This document shows positions 52,454-64,000 of a DNA stretch of 64,000 nt, piece after piece. The notes under the pieces are model-generated. The model did no database searches. It was not told the origin of the DNA and worked only from the letters and a program-made list of their open reading frames with translations. The stretch is from Octopus vulgaris (Eukaryota). The stretch is from the NCBI GenBank assembly GCA_951406725.2, contig OX597817.1:11718001-11782000 (forward strand). The letters run 5' to 3'. The position numbers and the translations under genes are program-made. The first letter of the stretch is position 1. Each line of letters opens with the position of its first letter.

Positions 52454-53347
52454 TAGGTCTGATCATAGTACCATAGTCTTACCATAGTAACGTAGCTAAA
52501 GCATGCTGCAGAGTAAAGCCGCTTGGCAACAATGGACCTTGAACTCTACTGTCCATGTGCACTAAATTTTAACGTTCTAGCTCACTTCCGCTGTTTACAG
52601 CAGTGCTTGGAAGGAAGGTGTGTAGCGTGTGATCGTCGCATTGATCGTTACAGAGAAAGTTGTCATGGTGATACCTGTTCAGAGGCCTACACAAAAGTGG
52701 AAGAATATATATTGAAAGGAGTGTATGAGCAGCACACAAGAGTACGATGATTCAGACGTTTCAAAGATGGTCAAAAAAATGTCGATAGTAACGAACGTTC
52801 TGGGAGACCCGCAACTAGCGGAATTGAGTAAAACATCGCAGATGTGAGAGCAGTTGAGAGGGAAAATCGTCGAATCACCATTCGTGAGTTGTCAGAGGAT
52901 GTGGAAATTAGTCACGGTTCAGTTCAGTCCATTATGACTGAAGATTTGGCTACGAGAGCGTGTCTGTCACATTTGTGCCAAAACTACTTTCAGCTGACCA
53001 AAAAGACACTCGTGTTTCAGTCGCACAAGATTTCCCTGACTTTATCGCGAACGATAAAACATTTTTGAAAACTATACGTAGGCCTCTGCGCAGGTATCGT
53101 CGAGCTCTTGGCAAACTCGATGCAGATTCTCTGCTCAACTTTCTCTGTCGTGGTCAATGCGGCGATCACACGTTACATACCTTCCTTTAAAGCACTGCTG
53201 TAAACATCGAAAGCCAGCTGGAACGTTAAAACGTGGTGTACATGCAGAGCGGAGTTCAAGGTCAATCTCTGCCAAGCGGCTTTACTCTGCGTGCTTTAGT
53301 TTCGTTACTATGGCAAAAGTTCGGATACTTATTAATCAGACCATGTA
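52454..53347 (+). mobile_element. mariner derivative with ~200-bp inverted repeats
   Basis: 52456-52661 is inverted at 53136-53342; internal RFKDGQKNVDSNERSGRP...RRITIRELSEDVEISHGSVQSIMTEDL...FVPKLLSADQK (mariner HTH and WVPHEL-equivalent). Confidence 0.88.
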
Positions 53348-53801
53348 TAGTTATTAACAGAAGGCGAATTGAGGAGTGAATACATGTTCTTTGGTCTTTA
53401 AATTTGGTTTATAAAGAAGGATAGTAGGTATAGCCATTGCAAACCTTTACATACAATGCAGAAAACTTTATTTTGAATTGTTTAATAAGTTTCAATTGTC
53501 AGAATTGGTCGCATGTTCTATTGCATATGAGAATATTCAACAATTTCATCTCTGCAAAGTGTCTCAGGTTATCTCGGGATATCAAGAAAGAATTTCCACG
53601 AAGACATTTTTTTTTTCATATATTTTCTGTTACAAATTTAAACCGGAAATTATCAACCTGGTCATAATCTGTCTCCTCTAAACTCAGTCAAAATGTTTTT
53701 TTTTCCAATATACTGAAATTAGCACATACCAGAGTATACGGTAGATCATAGATTCAAAGACGGTTTAAAGGCAAGACTTTTACATTCGCGGTACTTTAAA
53801 A

Positions 53802-54036
53802 GGCGGCGAGCTAGCAGAATCGTTAGCACGTCGGGCGAAATGCTTAGCGGTATTTCGTCTGCCGTTACGTTGTGAGTTCAAATTCCGCCGAGGTCGACTT
53901 TGCCTTTCATCCTTTCGGGGTCGATAAATTAAGCACATACCAGTTAAGCACTGGGGTCGATATAATCGACTTAATACCTATGTCTGTCCATGTTTGTCCC
54001 CTCTGTGTTCAGCCCCTTGTGGGTAATAAAGAAATA
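53802..54036 (+). mobile_element. SINE-B
   Basis: Full copy; TSD GGTACTTTA at 53790-53798 and 54037-54045. Confidence 0.92.
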
Positions 54037-54503
54037 GGTACTTTAGGAACGTTCAAAGTAGAATCCTTTTTATTTAAAAGTTTTTACAGACAGTATAAAT
54101 TTAGAATATTTTAAAGCCCCAAGAGACAGAGGCATTGGTGGTAAAAAATAAAACGGAATAAGTTCACGATTAAAATTATTAGTTTGACATAAGAAAAATG
54201 GAAAGAACTATCATGATTTTTGAGATATTGTCCTCCGTCGGAATAATCAGAGTGAAAAATGGTTAGAAAAGAAAGAAGAAATTAAGAAGTGAGGTAAGCA
54301 TGGAAGCGAACGCAATGAGGCATAAGTAGTGCCACTGAGAATTGGGATTATGAACAATCAATGCTAAAGATCCAATGTGATCCAAGATGTTTTTTCTAAT
54401 CATATGAGAAAAGGTGCAGCAAACTAATTCAAAATGACAATTTCAAAGTTCCGCTAATGGTGTATCAAAATATATTTCAAGAATGGAAATTGATTGTATA
54501 TAG

Positions 54504-54903
54504 ACTCTTTTACTCTTTTACTCGTTTCAGTCATTTGACTGCGGCCATGCTGGAGCACCGCCTTTAGTCGAGCAAATCGACCCCGGGACTTATTGTTTGT
54601 AAGCCTAGTACTTATTCTATCGGTCTCTTTTGCCGAACCGCTAAGTTACAGGGACATAAGCACACCAGCATCGGTTGTCAAGCAATGCTAGGGGGACAAA
54701 CACAGACACGCAAACACACACATACATACATATATACACATATATACGACAGGCTTCATTCAGTTTCCGTCTACCAAATCCACTCACAAGGCATTGGTCG
54801 GCCCGGGGCTATAGCAGAAGACACTTGCCTAAGATGTCACGCAGTGGGACTGAACCCGGAACCATGTGGTTGGTTAACAAGCTACTTACCACACAGCCAC
54901 TCC
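54504..54903 (-). mobile_element. SINE-A
   Basis: Reverse-complement copy. Confidence 0.9.
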
Positions 54904-55305
54904 TAAGATATAAGAAAATGAAACAAGTTTATTGCGAAGGGCAGAGCAAAATGATCATTCACATACAAATAGAAAATGATTGCAGACGAGTGATACTCGA
55001 TATATTCAATATAGGAAAAGAAGACGGAAATCCGAAAAAAAAAAAATAGTAACGTGAGGATTTATATGGAGTGAAGTGTTGGTTCGGTGAATGTGTGAAT
55101 GCGCGTGAGAAGATTTTATATGCAATCGTTATGTAACATATTCTAACATTAAAAAATAACAAGAAAAGAGAGGTCTTCAGTTTTCAAGCTTTAAAATAAT
55201 TATGTTAGTTCATAACGGAAACTATGGATTAAGGCTATACATACATGCATACATACATACATACATACATACATACATACATACATACATACATACATAC
55301 ATACA

Positions 55306-55342
<37 letters not shown>

Positions 55343-55371
55343 ATGTGTGTGTGTGTGTGCATGAATGTATG

Positions 55372-55418
<47 letters not shown>

Positions 55419-55842
55419 CATATATGTGTGTACATATAAATCGTAAAGTAACTAAGATGTATTGCTGTCATAAAATAATGAATCATTTCATTTTAGATGT
55501 AGTGTACAAACTAGACTGAGGGTAATTAGAATCCGACTAATTAGACGAATTTCAAGTTATTTATATAAAACCCGGAATGAGAAGAAACTCAATGAGAGAA
55601 AAAAATTTGGTAGGATTACTTTAAGTAATCAGCAATATAATTTTAAGTGAGGAGTTATGGATGATATTTTAAACAGTAAACTTAAAATATATTAATGTAA
55701 ATATTATGTAAAAAAAATCGCTAAACAAGCGAAATAAAAGTTTAAATATTGGAGGATAAAGTGGAATTTGAAACCTACATTTAGTTTTTGCTATATTATA
55801 AATGAAATAGAGTAATTTGAAACCGACAAATAAGTTTTGATA

Positions 55843-56239
55843 TCTTTATATATAAAAGTGAAGTTGTGTGCCTGTCTCCTACGATTTAGATTCCTAACTA
55901 CTCCCACATTTTGCGGTGCAGTGTAACCAAAAGCGGGTATCTTATAGTCGTGATTAATATAGAGCCCTTCTGGGTATTAGCGCGCGTCTACGATGAGTCT
56001 ATGATTTTAAAAATAATTTACCATCATTTTTTTCCATTTTGATGCATTTTTTCGCTATTATATAAGGGAAGTAACTCTCTAAAAATGTCTACGATGAGTC
56101 AACGATTTAAAAAAAAATTTACCATCATTTTTTTCCATTTTTAATGCATTTTTTTGCTATTTTTTGGCTATAACTCTCTAAAAATGCTTATATAGTTATT
56201 TCCCTTATAAACCCACGCAACGCCGGGCGATACTGCTAG
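55843..56239 (+). mobile_element. Non-autonomous Helitron
   Basis: A|TCTTTATATATAAAAGTGAAGTTG...CCCACGCAACGCCGGGCGATACTGCTAG|T; internal ~101-bp tandem duplication at 55986-56186. Confidence 0.82.
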
Positions 56240-56254
56240 TATCTATTAAAAGAA

Positions 56255-56465
56255 GGCGGCAAACTGGCAGAAGCGTTACCGCGGCGGGCAAAATGCTTAG
56301 CGGCATTTCGCCCGTTTTTGCGCTCTAAATTCCATTGCTACTGGGGTCCATATTGCCTTTCATCCTGTCGCAGTCAATAAAATAAGTACCAGTTGAGCAC
56401 TGGAATTGATGTGGTCGACTTACACACTACCTTAGAATTGATGGCCTTGTGCCAAAATTTAAACA
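56255..56465 (+). mobile_element. Diverged SINE-B
   Basis: GGCGGCAAACTGGCAG...GCCTTTCATCC...AAGTACCAGTT. Confidence 0.75.
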
Positions 56466-56892
56466 CCAACGTTACATTTATTAAAATAGCTAATAAATTT
56501 AAAATTCAGTCTATAAAGCTTGTCTATTAAATTTCAAATAGTTCCACTCAAGGAAGTAGTAAATGCAAATGGCACATAAATAATACTTCATAGTTAAATG
56601 GTATATATAGTTTGAGACAAGTGTTTCTAGAATCTTGTTTATCTTAAGATATGTAAAACACTTAAGACAAACATAACTAGATAATAGATAAGAAAAATCT
56701 TTAAATGAATTATTTTAGTTAGAATCATGAATATACGAAATGCGGTTGTGACGAACACGCTAGCTTTCAAAAGAAGTATAAATGTAAAATGTTTCCGTAA
56801 TAAATATAAATGTGTAAAAATGTTCAACAAATGTATACTGATCTACAAGATAAGCTATAAAAAAAAATATCCATCTATCATCTATCTGTATA

Positions 56893-56951
<59 letters not shown>

Positions 56952-56959
56952 ATATGTAT

Positions 56960-57665
56960 ACTCTTTACTCTTACTCTTTTACTCTTTTATTTGTTTCAGT
57001 CATTTGACTGCGGCCATGCTGGAGCACCGCCTTTTAGTCGAGCAAATCGACCCGGGACTTATTCTTTGTAAGCACAGTACTTATTCTATCGGTCTATTTT
57101 TTGCCGAACCGCTAAGTGACGGGGACGTAAACACACCAGCATCGGTTGTCAAGCAATGCTAGGGGGACAAACACAGACACACAAACACACACATACATAT
57201 ATATATATATATACATATATACGACAGGCTTCTATCAGTTTCCGTCTCCCAAATCCACTCACAAGGCATTGGTCGGCCCGGGGCTATAGCAGAAGACACT
57301 TGCCCAAGATGCCACGCAGTGGGACTGAACCCGGAACCATGTGGTTGGTTAGCAAGCTACTTACCACACAGCCACTCCTGCGCACATATATATATTTTAC
57401 TCTTTTTTCTATTCTTATATTTGTTTCAGTCATTTGACTGCGGCAATGCTGGAGCACCGCTTTTAGTCGAAAAAATCGACCCCAGGACTTATACTTCGTA
57501 AGCATACTACTTATTCTATTAGTCTCTTTTGCGATGGTGCGGGGGGACACAGACACACAAACATATATATATGATGGGCCTCTTTCAGTTTCCGTCTACT
57601 AAATCCACTCAGAAGACTTTGGGCGACCCGAGGCTATGGTAGAAAACACTTACCCAAGGTGCCAT
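56960..57665 (-). mobile_element. Two tandem SINE-A copies (56960-57383 full; 57398-57665 deleted and diverged)
   Basis: Reverse complements of consensus. Confidence 0.88.
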
Positions 57666-57884
57666 GCTAGACAGCATAAGATTTGGCGAAAATTATAGAC
57701 GCATTAAGAAAACAGCTTCTAAATTTTAAAAGAAGAGAAACTTTCAGAGGATTGTGGGCATTTAGTAATATTATGGGGATTTAACAAATAGCTTGAAATT
57801 AATCATGGAAATCTTAAGATTCGATCAGTTATTGTAAGGTTGTATGAAATTAAGATTTTCTATATAATATTCGATTAATTTATC

Positions 57885-58100
57885 GTTTCAAATTTTGGCA
57901 CAAGGCCAGCAATTCCGAGTATGGTAGTAAGTTGATTACAACGACACAAGAGCTCAGCTGGTACTTATTTTATCGACCCCGAAAGGATGAAAGGCAAAGT
58001 GAAATTTGGTGAAATTTGAACTCAGAACGTAAAGACAGACGAAATGCCTCTAAGCATTTCCCCCGGAGTGCTAAGGGTTTTACCAGCTCGTCACCGTAGA
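57885..58100 (-). mobile_element. Diverged SINE-B
   Basis: TCGACCCCGAAAGGATGAAAGGCAAAG core. Confidence 0.78.
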
Positions 58101-58325
58101 ACAATTAATTATTAATAATTAAGTTCAAAAGTGTTGGAAATAATGAAAATAAAACAACTGAAAGATCCCTTACAAGTTGTTTAGATAGAACTATGTTTTT
58201 TAGGAATGCATTTTTGAGGTTTGGAAAATTCATAAGATAGAAATCAAGGTAGACATGTGAGAAGTAGAAGGTATGTCATAATTAGGTTAATAAGATGTAA
58301 TAATTAAGTTTAATAGATTACATTT

Positions 58326-58520
58326 GGCGGGAGCTGGCAGAGTTGTAACCGCGCTGGACAAAATACTCAGCAGCATTTTTTCTCGCTTTACGTTCTGAGT
58401 TTCAGTTCCTCCGAAGTCAACTTTGCTTGCCATCCTATAAGAGTCGGTAAACTAAGTACCAGTGAAGTAATGAGATTGATGTTATCGTCTACCCCTGCTC
58501 CGAAACGATGCCACAAAATA
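58326..58520 (+). mobile_element. Diverged SINE-B
   Basis: GGCGGGAGCTGGCAG head and decayed body. Confidence 0.7.
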
Positions 58521-58845
58521 ACTAGGAAAATGAATAGAGAAAGAACGCCTAAACTGATCATTAAATGGAATGTATAAGAAAACAGTTGCCCAGGGAAAGA
58601 CCATAATACAAAAATAAATAGCTTACTATTGAACTGTTTCGTTTTTGCATTTGGTTTGCAAGATTCTTTACGTGAACTCGTGTGTTGAAGCACATTATGT
58701 TGTGTCTAGGGAGAGTCATATTGTCTTAATGCTTTATTGTCTAACACACCCAACGGTTCAAATTTCTACTCGTTTATTATTTATATTTTTTCTTCCAAAA
58801 TTTTCGTTTCTTTTGCAACCTTGTTGGTAGCGATTAGTATATATA

Positions 58846-59120
58846 ATGGCCCAGTGGTTAGGGCAGCGGACTCGCGGTTTCGATTCCCAGACCGAGCGTT
58901 GTGTGTGTTTATTGAGCGAAAAACACCTAAAAGCTCCACGAGTCTCCGGCAGGGGTGGCGATCCCTGCTGTACTCTTTTGCTGCAACTTTCTCTCACTCT
59001 TTCTTCTGTTGGCCTGCTCGCTTAGCCAGCGGAGTGGCGTCATTCGAAGGCTAAAACAATGTGAACGCATTGTGACCAGCGATGTGTAGCAACATCTGAT
59101 GGTCTGATCGGTCACGTGAT

Positions 59121-59128
<8 letters not shown>
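58846..59128 (+). mobile_element. tRNA-derived SINE, additional family
   Basis: TGGCCCAGTGGTTAGG (A box) and GGTTTCGATTCCC (B box); ends in repeated GATCACGT running into (TA)n. Confidence 0.7.
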
Positions 59129-59173
<45 letters not shown>

Positions 59174-59616
59174 CATACATATATATATGTGTGTGTGTGT
59201 GTTAAGATAAGATTTGTAAGATATATTCGAATATATATTTTACATAGGGCAAAACGCTATAAGAATCGGGATCAGCCAGGGGTGAAAGTGGAGTATCATC
59301 TTTTAATATAATCAACATACCTGTCTACTCTACCCAATTTGTTGAGTTCGATATCAAATCATTTTGATATCATATCGTTGCTGTAATGTTAAACTGTCGT
59401 GTGTCCAAATGCGTTTTTTTCTCAATATTTATTTTTGCTTGCAATTACCGGTTCTTTTGATCAGACTATCGTATCTTCATCTGCTTCAGATGCCAAGATA
59501 TCAAAAATTGTGAAAGTGTAGTACAACGGTTTTGCTATGGAATGGTGAAACTACTTTTTCGCTTTCTGAAAAAAACAAATTTTTGGACTTACCACACTTT
59601 TGCATAATAGGCAACG

Positions 59617-59647
<31 letters not shown>

Positions 59648-59653
59648 TGTATG

Positions 59654-59707
<54 letters not shown>

Positions 59708-59774
59708 TATTAGAGACAAAACCACTATTTTGCAAAACAAACAAGGAAAGACTTAATCAATACATAAAATCGCT

Positions 59775-59830
<56 letters not shown>

Positions 59831-59831
59831 G

Positions 59832-59898
<67 letters not shown>

Positions 59899-59906
59899 TA
59901 CATATA

Positions 59907-59977
<71 letters not shown>

Positions 59978-60911
59978 ATGTATGTATGTATGTATATGCC
60001 GTAAGTCCAAGAATGGATGTGGGATTACAGAGACACATACATACGCATGTATATGTGTTTGTTTCCTTGTTTGCTTGTGTGTTGTATATACGCGTATCAG
60101 TTAAACATACAATATGATAAGCAAATGTTTACGTACAAACTAACGCTTATTCTATGTGAGGCGAGCTTTAATCTTTTATTTCATAATTTTCTCTTCCCTT
60201 ATATTTATTTTTATATTCATTAATTCATTTTTTTTTTTTTTCATAACCTATCTACCCAAACCACCGTTACCTTCTGTCTTACCACCGCGAACATCACCGC
60301 CGTTCTGTCAACACGACCACCACTACTTACATTGCTATCACCAAAACGAAAAGCAATGAAACCACTACCATCATCAACATCATCATCATCATCATCATCA
60401 TCATCAACAACAACAACGATAACAAAAACATCATTCCTGCAACGAAATCAAACCCGTCTCTCTGCATGGTGTCTATGATAACACAACGACATCTAAGTTT
60501 TTGCAATAGAATGAGAAGCTACCACCCATATTCTTAAAGGGTGAAAACTAAAAGGCTGGGTAGTAGATTGGTGCAGAAGTTAGCTGACTTGAGTATGTAT
60601 TTATGCACACACAGATATAGGTGTGTGTGTGTAGCGTGTGTATGAGGTGCGTGTATAAACTTGTATTTTGACACCTTTTCTTTTGTTTTATGTTTGTTCA
60701 TTTTCTGTTTATTTGATATATTTTTTTTTGTGTATTTTATATATTTATAACATATCACCTCCCTTCATTTGTCGTTCTGGATGACTTATTGTTATGCAAG
60801 ATCTACAACTGGGAAATTGCTCTTTTTTTCTTCTTCTTCTTCTTTACTCTGTTTGTGTTAGTTTTTGTGTATATATCAGAACGCATACACAAACATAAAC
60901 AGATATAGTTA

Positions 60912-61136
<225 letters not shown>

Positions 61137-61696
61137 GAGGAATATAAATAAATAGCAATCACACACATTTCTTTTTTATTTATATTAATTTTCGTTGCGG
61201 ACGTCGTACGATACACGCCTACTACTACCACCATCTACCACCTCCGCCCTCACAACTGACGCCGCTGCCGCCGCCACCACCACCACTACCACCACCACCA
61301 CCATCACCATCACCACCACCACCACCACCACCACCACCACCACCACCACCACCACCACCACCACCACTACTACTACTACTACAAATAAAAACAATAACAA
61401 TTATACAAACAAAAACAATAGGAATAATTCCAATAAGGATTTCTTTATTAGCCACAAGGGCAACATAAATTCCGAACAATTAGAGGAGAATAACACAAAC
61501 AAAACTTAGGGTGTAATATGTATATGTAAACAAACACAAACCTCAAACACAAATATAAGGCTATAAAGTTACACATATGCCGGTGTGCATATCTGTGTGT
61601 GTATGTACTTGTGTGTTTGTGTGTGTTGATGTGTATGTGTACCATGTATATATATATATAAATGTGTGTGCTTGTGTCGTGTAGCAACAGGCAGTA

Positions 61697-61735
<39 letters not shown>

Positions 61736-61745
61736 CCTCTTATTG

Positions 61746-61791
<46 letters not shown>

Positions 61792-61817
61792 TACGTACAC
61801 ACATATATGTGTATACT

Positions 61818-61853
<36 letters not shown>

Positions 61854-62685
61854 ATTATGTATATGTATATGCAATACATTTACTCACACATACACAAACA
61901 CACAATCATGGTAGTAATGAAAAAGGTGTCACAGAGAAACGGCAAATTATTTTTACGGGAAAACGACAATTCAACACAAACGGATGCAAACAGTCTCAAA
62001 TCCCTCGTCAATTGTCAACCGGATATCATCACAATTTCATCACCTTCTAACAATATTGTTCATCCGGTGTCGTCGACGGCATTGAAGCTCTCACTGTAAT
62101 GGGGAGCAGATACGAAGACAGGGAAATACGGTTGTTCAATAACGGTAATGGAAAAAATACGGAATGGAGCAAATAGCGAAATGCGTAGTGCTTTGTCTTA
62201 AATGAAAAGAATAACACACGTGCATACACACTCACACACGTGTCCCTACTCCCACATACACACTTGTATATTAATGTTTGTTTTTCTCTCAAATTATATA
62301 ACAAAACAATTTAACATTAAACTGAAGAGTTTACTATTTAGTAGAGTACATGCTTAGTAAACATTTATAGAACAAGGGCTGACAGTCACAGACGACGAAC
62401 AGTAATGGTATCGGATGCCAAATACACATCGAGGCGATTGGCACAGCCCCGAGGGAGTACTGAGTGCTTACAGGAACAAAAATGAACCGAGATATGTTGG
62501 TAGGCATGCTGCTCGCACATACATGCATACACATACACGCACACAAACACACACACACACGCATATATATATGTGTGCGTGTGTGTGTATGTATATATAT
62601 ATATATGTATATGTATGTATATGTATATATATGTATGTATATGTATATATATATATGTGTGTGGGGGGGGATGTATGTATGTGTG

Positions 62686-63935
62686 CAAGGTGGCCCAAAA
62701 GTCACTGGGGGATTGCAATTTTTGATAAATCTTTTATTTTTTTGACATTTTTCTTTTCTTTTCAGAGATTTTTTGGGCCAGGTCCCGAAAATTAATTATA
62801 CAAAGATATGGCACAGCAAACCACGCCTAGGTGTTAAAATTGTTCTAGCAAAATCAGGGGCTAATTAGCAATTGTAAGTGAGAGATGCCCCAAATGAAAA
62901 CATAATTAGGAACTTAGTCCGTCGTTTTTAAAAACAAGGGACAGTAAGTGATCTTGCACGATCTGCGTGACCTCGTCTTGTCAGAACTGATGAGGTAAGT
63001 GCGAGAGAGTATTGAACAGAATCTAGGCACGTCAACTCGAATGCGGTACAGAAAGCTTGGGATTTCACAAACTTCGCTGCGAAGAGTTCTCTGCAGATTT
63101 AAACTTTTACCATACAAAGTGGAGTTGGTTCAACAGTTAAAACCCTATGACTATGAACACAAGCTCGAATACGCTGTCAAAATCCAGGAATTGGAACGAA
63201 ATGACCCAAATTTTACACAAAATTTGATAATGGCGCAGGAGTGGCTCTGTGGTAAGTAGCTTGCTAACCAACCACATGGTTCCGGGTTCAGTCCCACTGC
63301 ATGGCATCTTGGGTAAGTGTCTTCTGCTATAGCCCCGGGCCGACCAATGCCTTGTGAGTGGATTTGGTAGACGGATACTGAAAGAAGTCAGTCGTATATA
63401 TGTATATATATATGTGTGTGCATGTTTGTGTGTTTGTGTTTGTCCCCCTAGCATTGCTTGACAACCGATGCTGGTGTGTTTACGTCTCCGTCACTTAGCG
63501 GTTCGGCAAAAGAGACCGATAGAATAAGTACTAGGCTTACAAAGAATAAGTCCCGTGTTCGATTTGCTCGACTAAAGGCGGTGCTCCAGCATGGCCGCAG
63601 TCAAATGACTGAAACAAGTAAAAGAGAGTAATGCCTGATAAAGCTCACTTTCATTAGAATAAGTTCATCAACAGAGAAAATCCGGTTTCGGAGCTCCGAG
63701 AATCCGAGAGCACTACACTGAAGAGAATTGCACTCCATGAAGTGTGAAACTGAAAATGGACGCCATTTAAAAGATGTCATTTTTCATTAGTAATGCAAAA
63801 GTATGATGAAGAAGGACTAACGCAAATTAATCTCCATTATCGCCTCTATATTGAATTAAAATTTCATACACTTATTTGTAAAAATAAGGGAGTTTTTAAA
63901 AAATAAAACCCCTCACTGACTTATGGGCCACTTTA
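62686..63935 (+). mobile_element. Tc1/mariner-superfamily deletion derivative interrupted by SINE-A
   Basis: TIRs CAAGGTGGCCCAAAAGTCAC / TGACTTATGGGCCACTTTA; VRESIEQNLGTSTR...PYKVELVQQLKP...LIM|PDKAHFH (SDEAHF-like)...SENPR...NGRHLKDVIFH*. Confidence 0.85.
63232..63628 (+). mobile_element. SINE-A inserted in the transposase remnant
   Basis: Full copy; short TAATG duplication at both ends; transposase frame resumes after it. Confidence 0.9.
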
Positions 63936-64000
63936 TATATGTATGTATATATGGTGGTATTCAATAAGAACCCAGGCATTTCAAGTTCAACCGATTGTTT

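Overview
AT-rich eukaryotic DNA, non-coding and repeat-dominated; not prokaryotic. The two abundant tRNA-derived SINE families, the dense (TA)n/(TACA)n/(TAA)n microsatellites and the mix of retroelement fragments resemble an Octopus (coleoid cephalopod) genome. That assignment comes from recognising the repeats, not from a database search. No intact protein-coding gene, rRNA, functional tRNA or CRISPR array is supported; almost all supplied ORFs are microsatellite or SINE artefacts. The window contains about 18 copies of one SINE ('SINE-A') and about 12 loci of a second ('SINE-B'). It also holds decayed LINEs (Tx1-like, RTE, CR1, R4/Dong, Hero/NeSL-like), Penelope-like remnants, several Tc1/mariner deletion derivatives, MITEs and non-autonomous Helitrons. 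The most unusual structures are: a Helitron whose 5' 249 bp is amplified five times in tandem, a ~290-bp spacer-less palindrome inside a SINE, a tail-to-tail SINE pair, SINE-B multimers whose target duplications begin with GGTA, and a tRNA-Thr(GGT)-like relic. I could not support a new biological system; the findings concern transposon and repeat dynamics plus two weak exon candidates. Coordinates were read by eye and may be off by a few bases.
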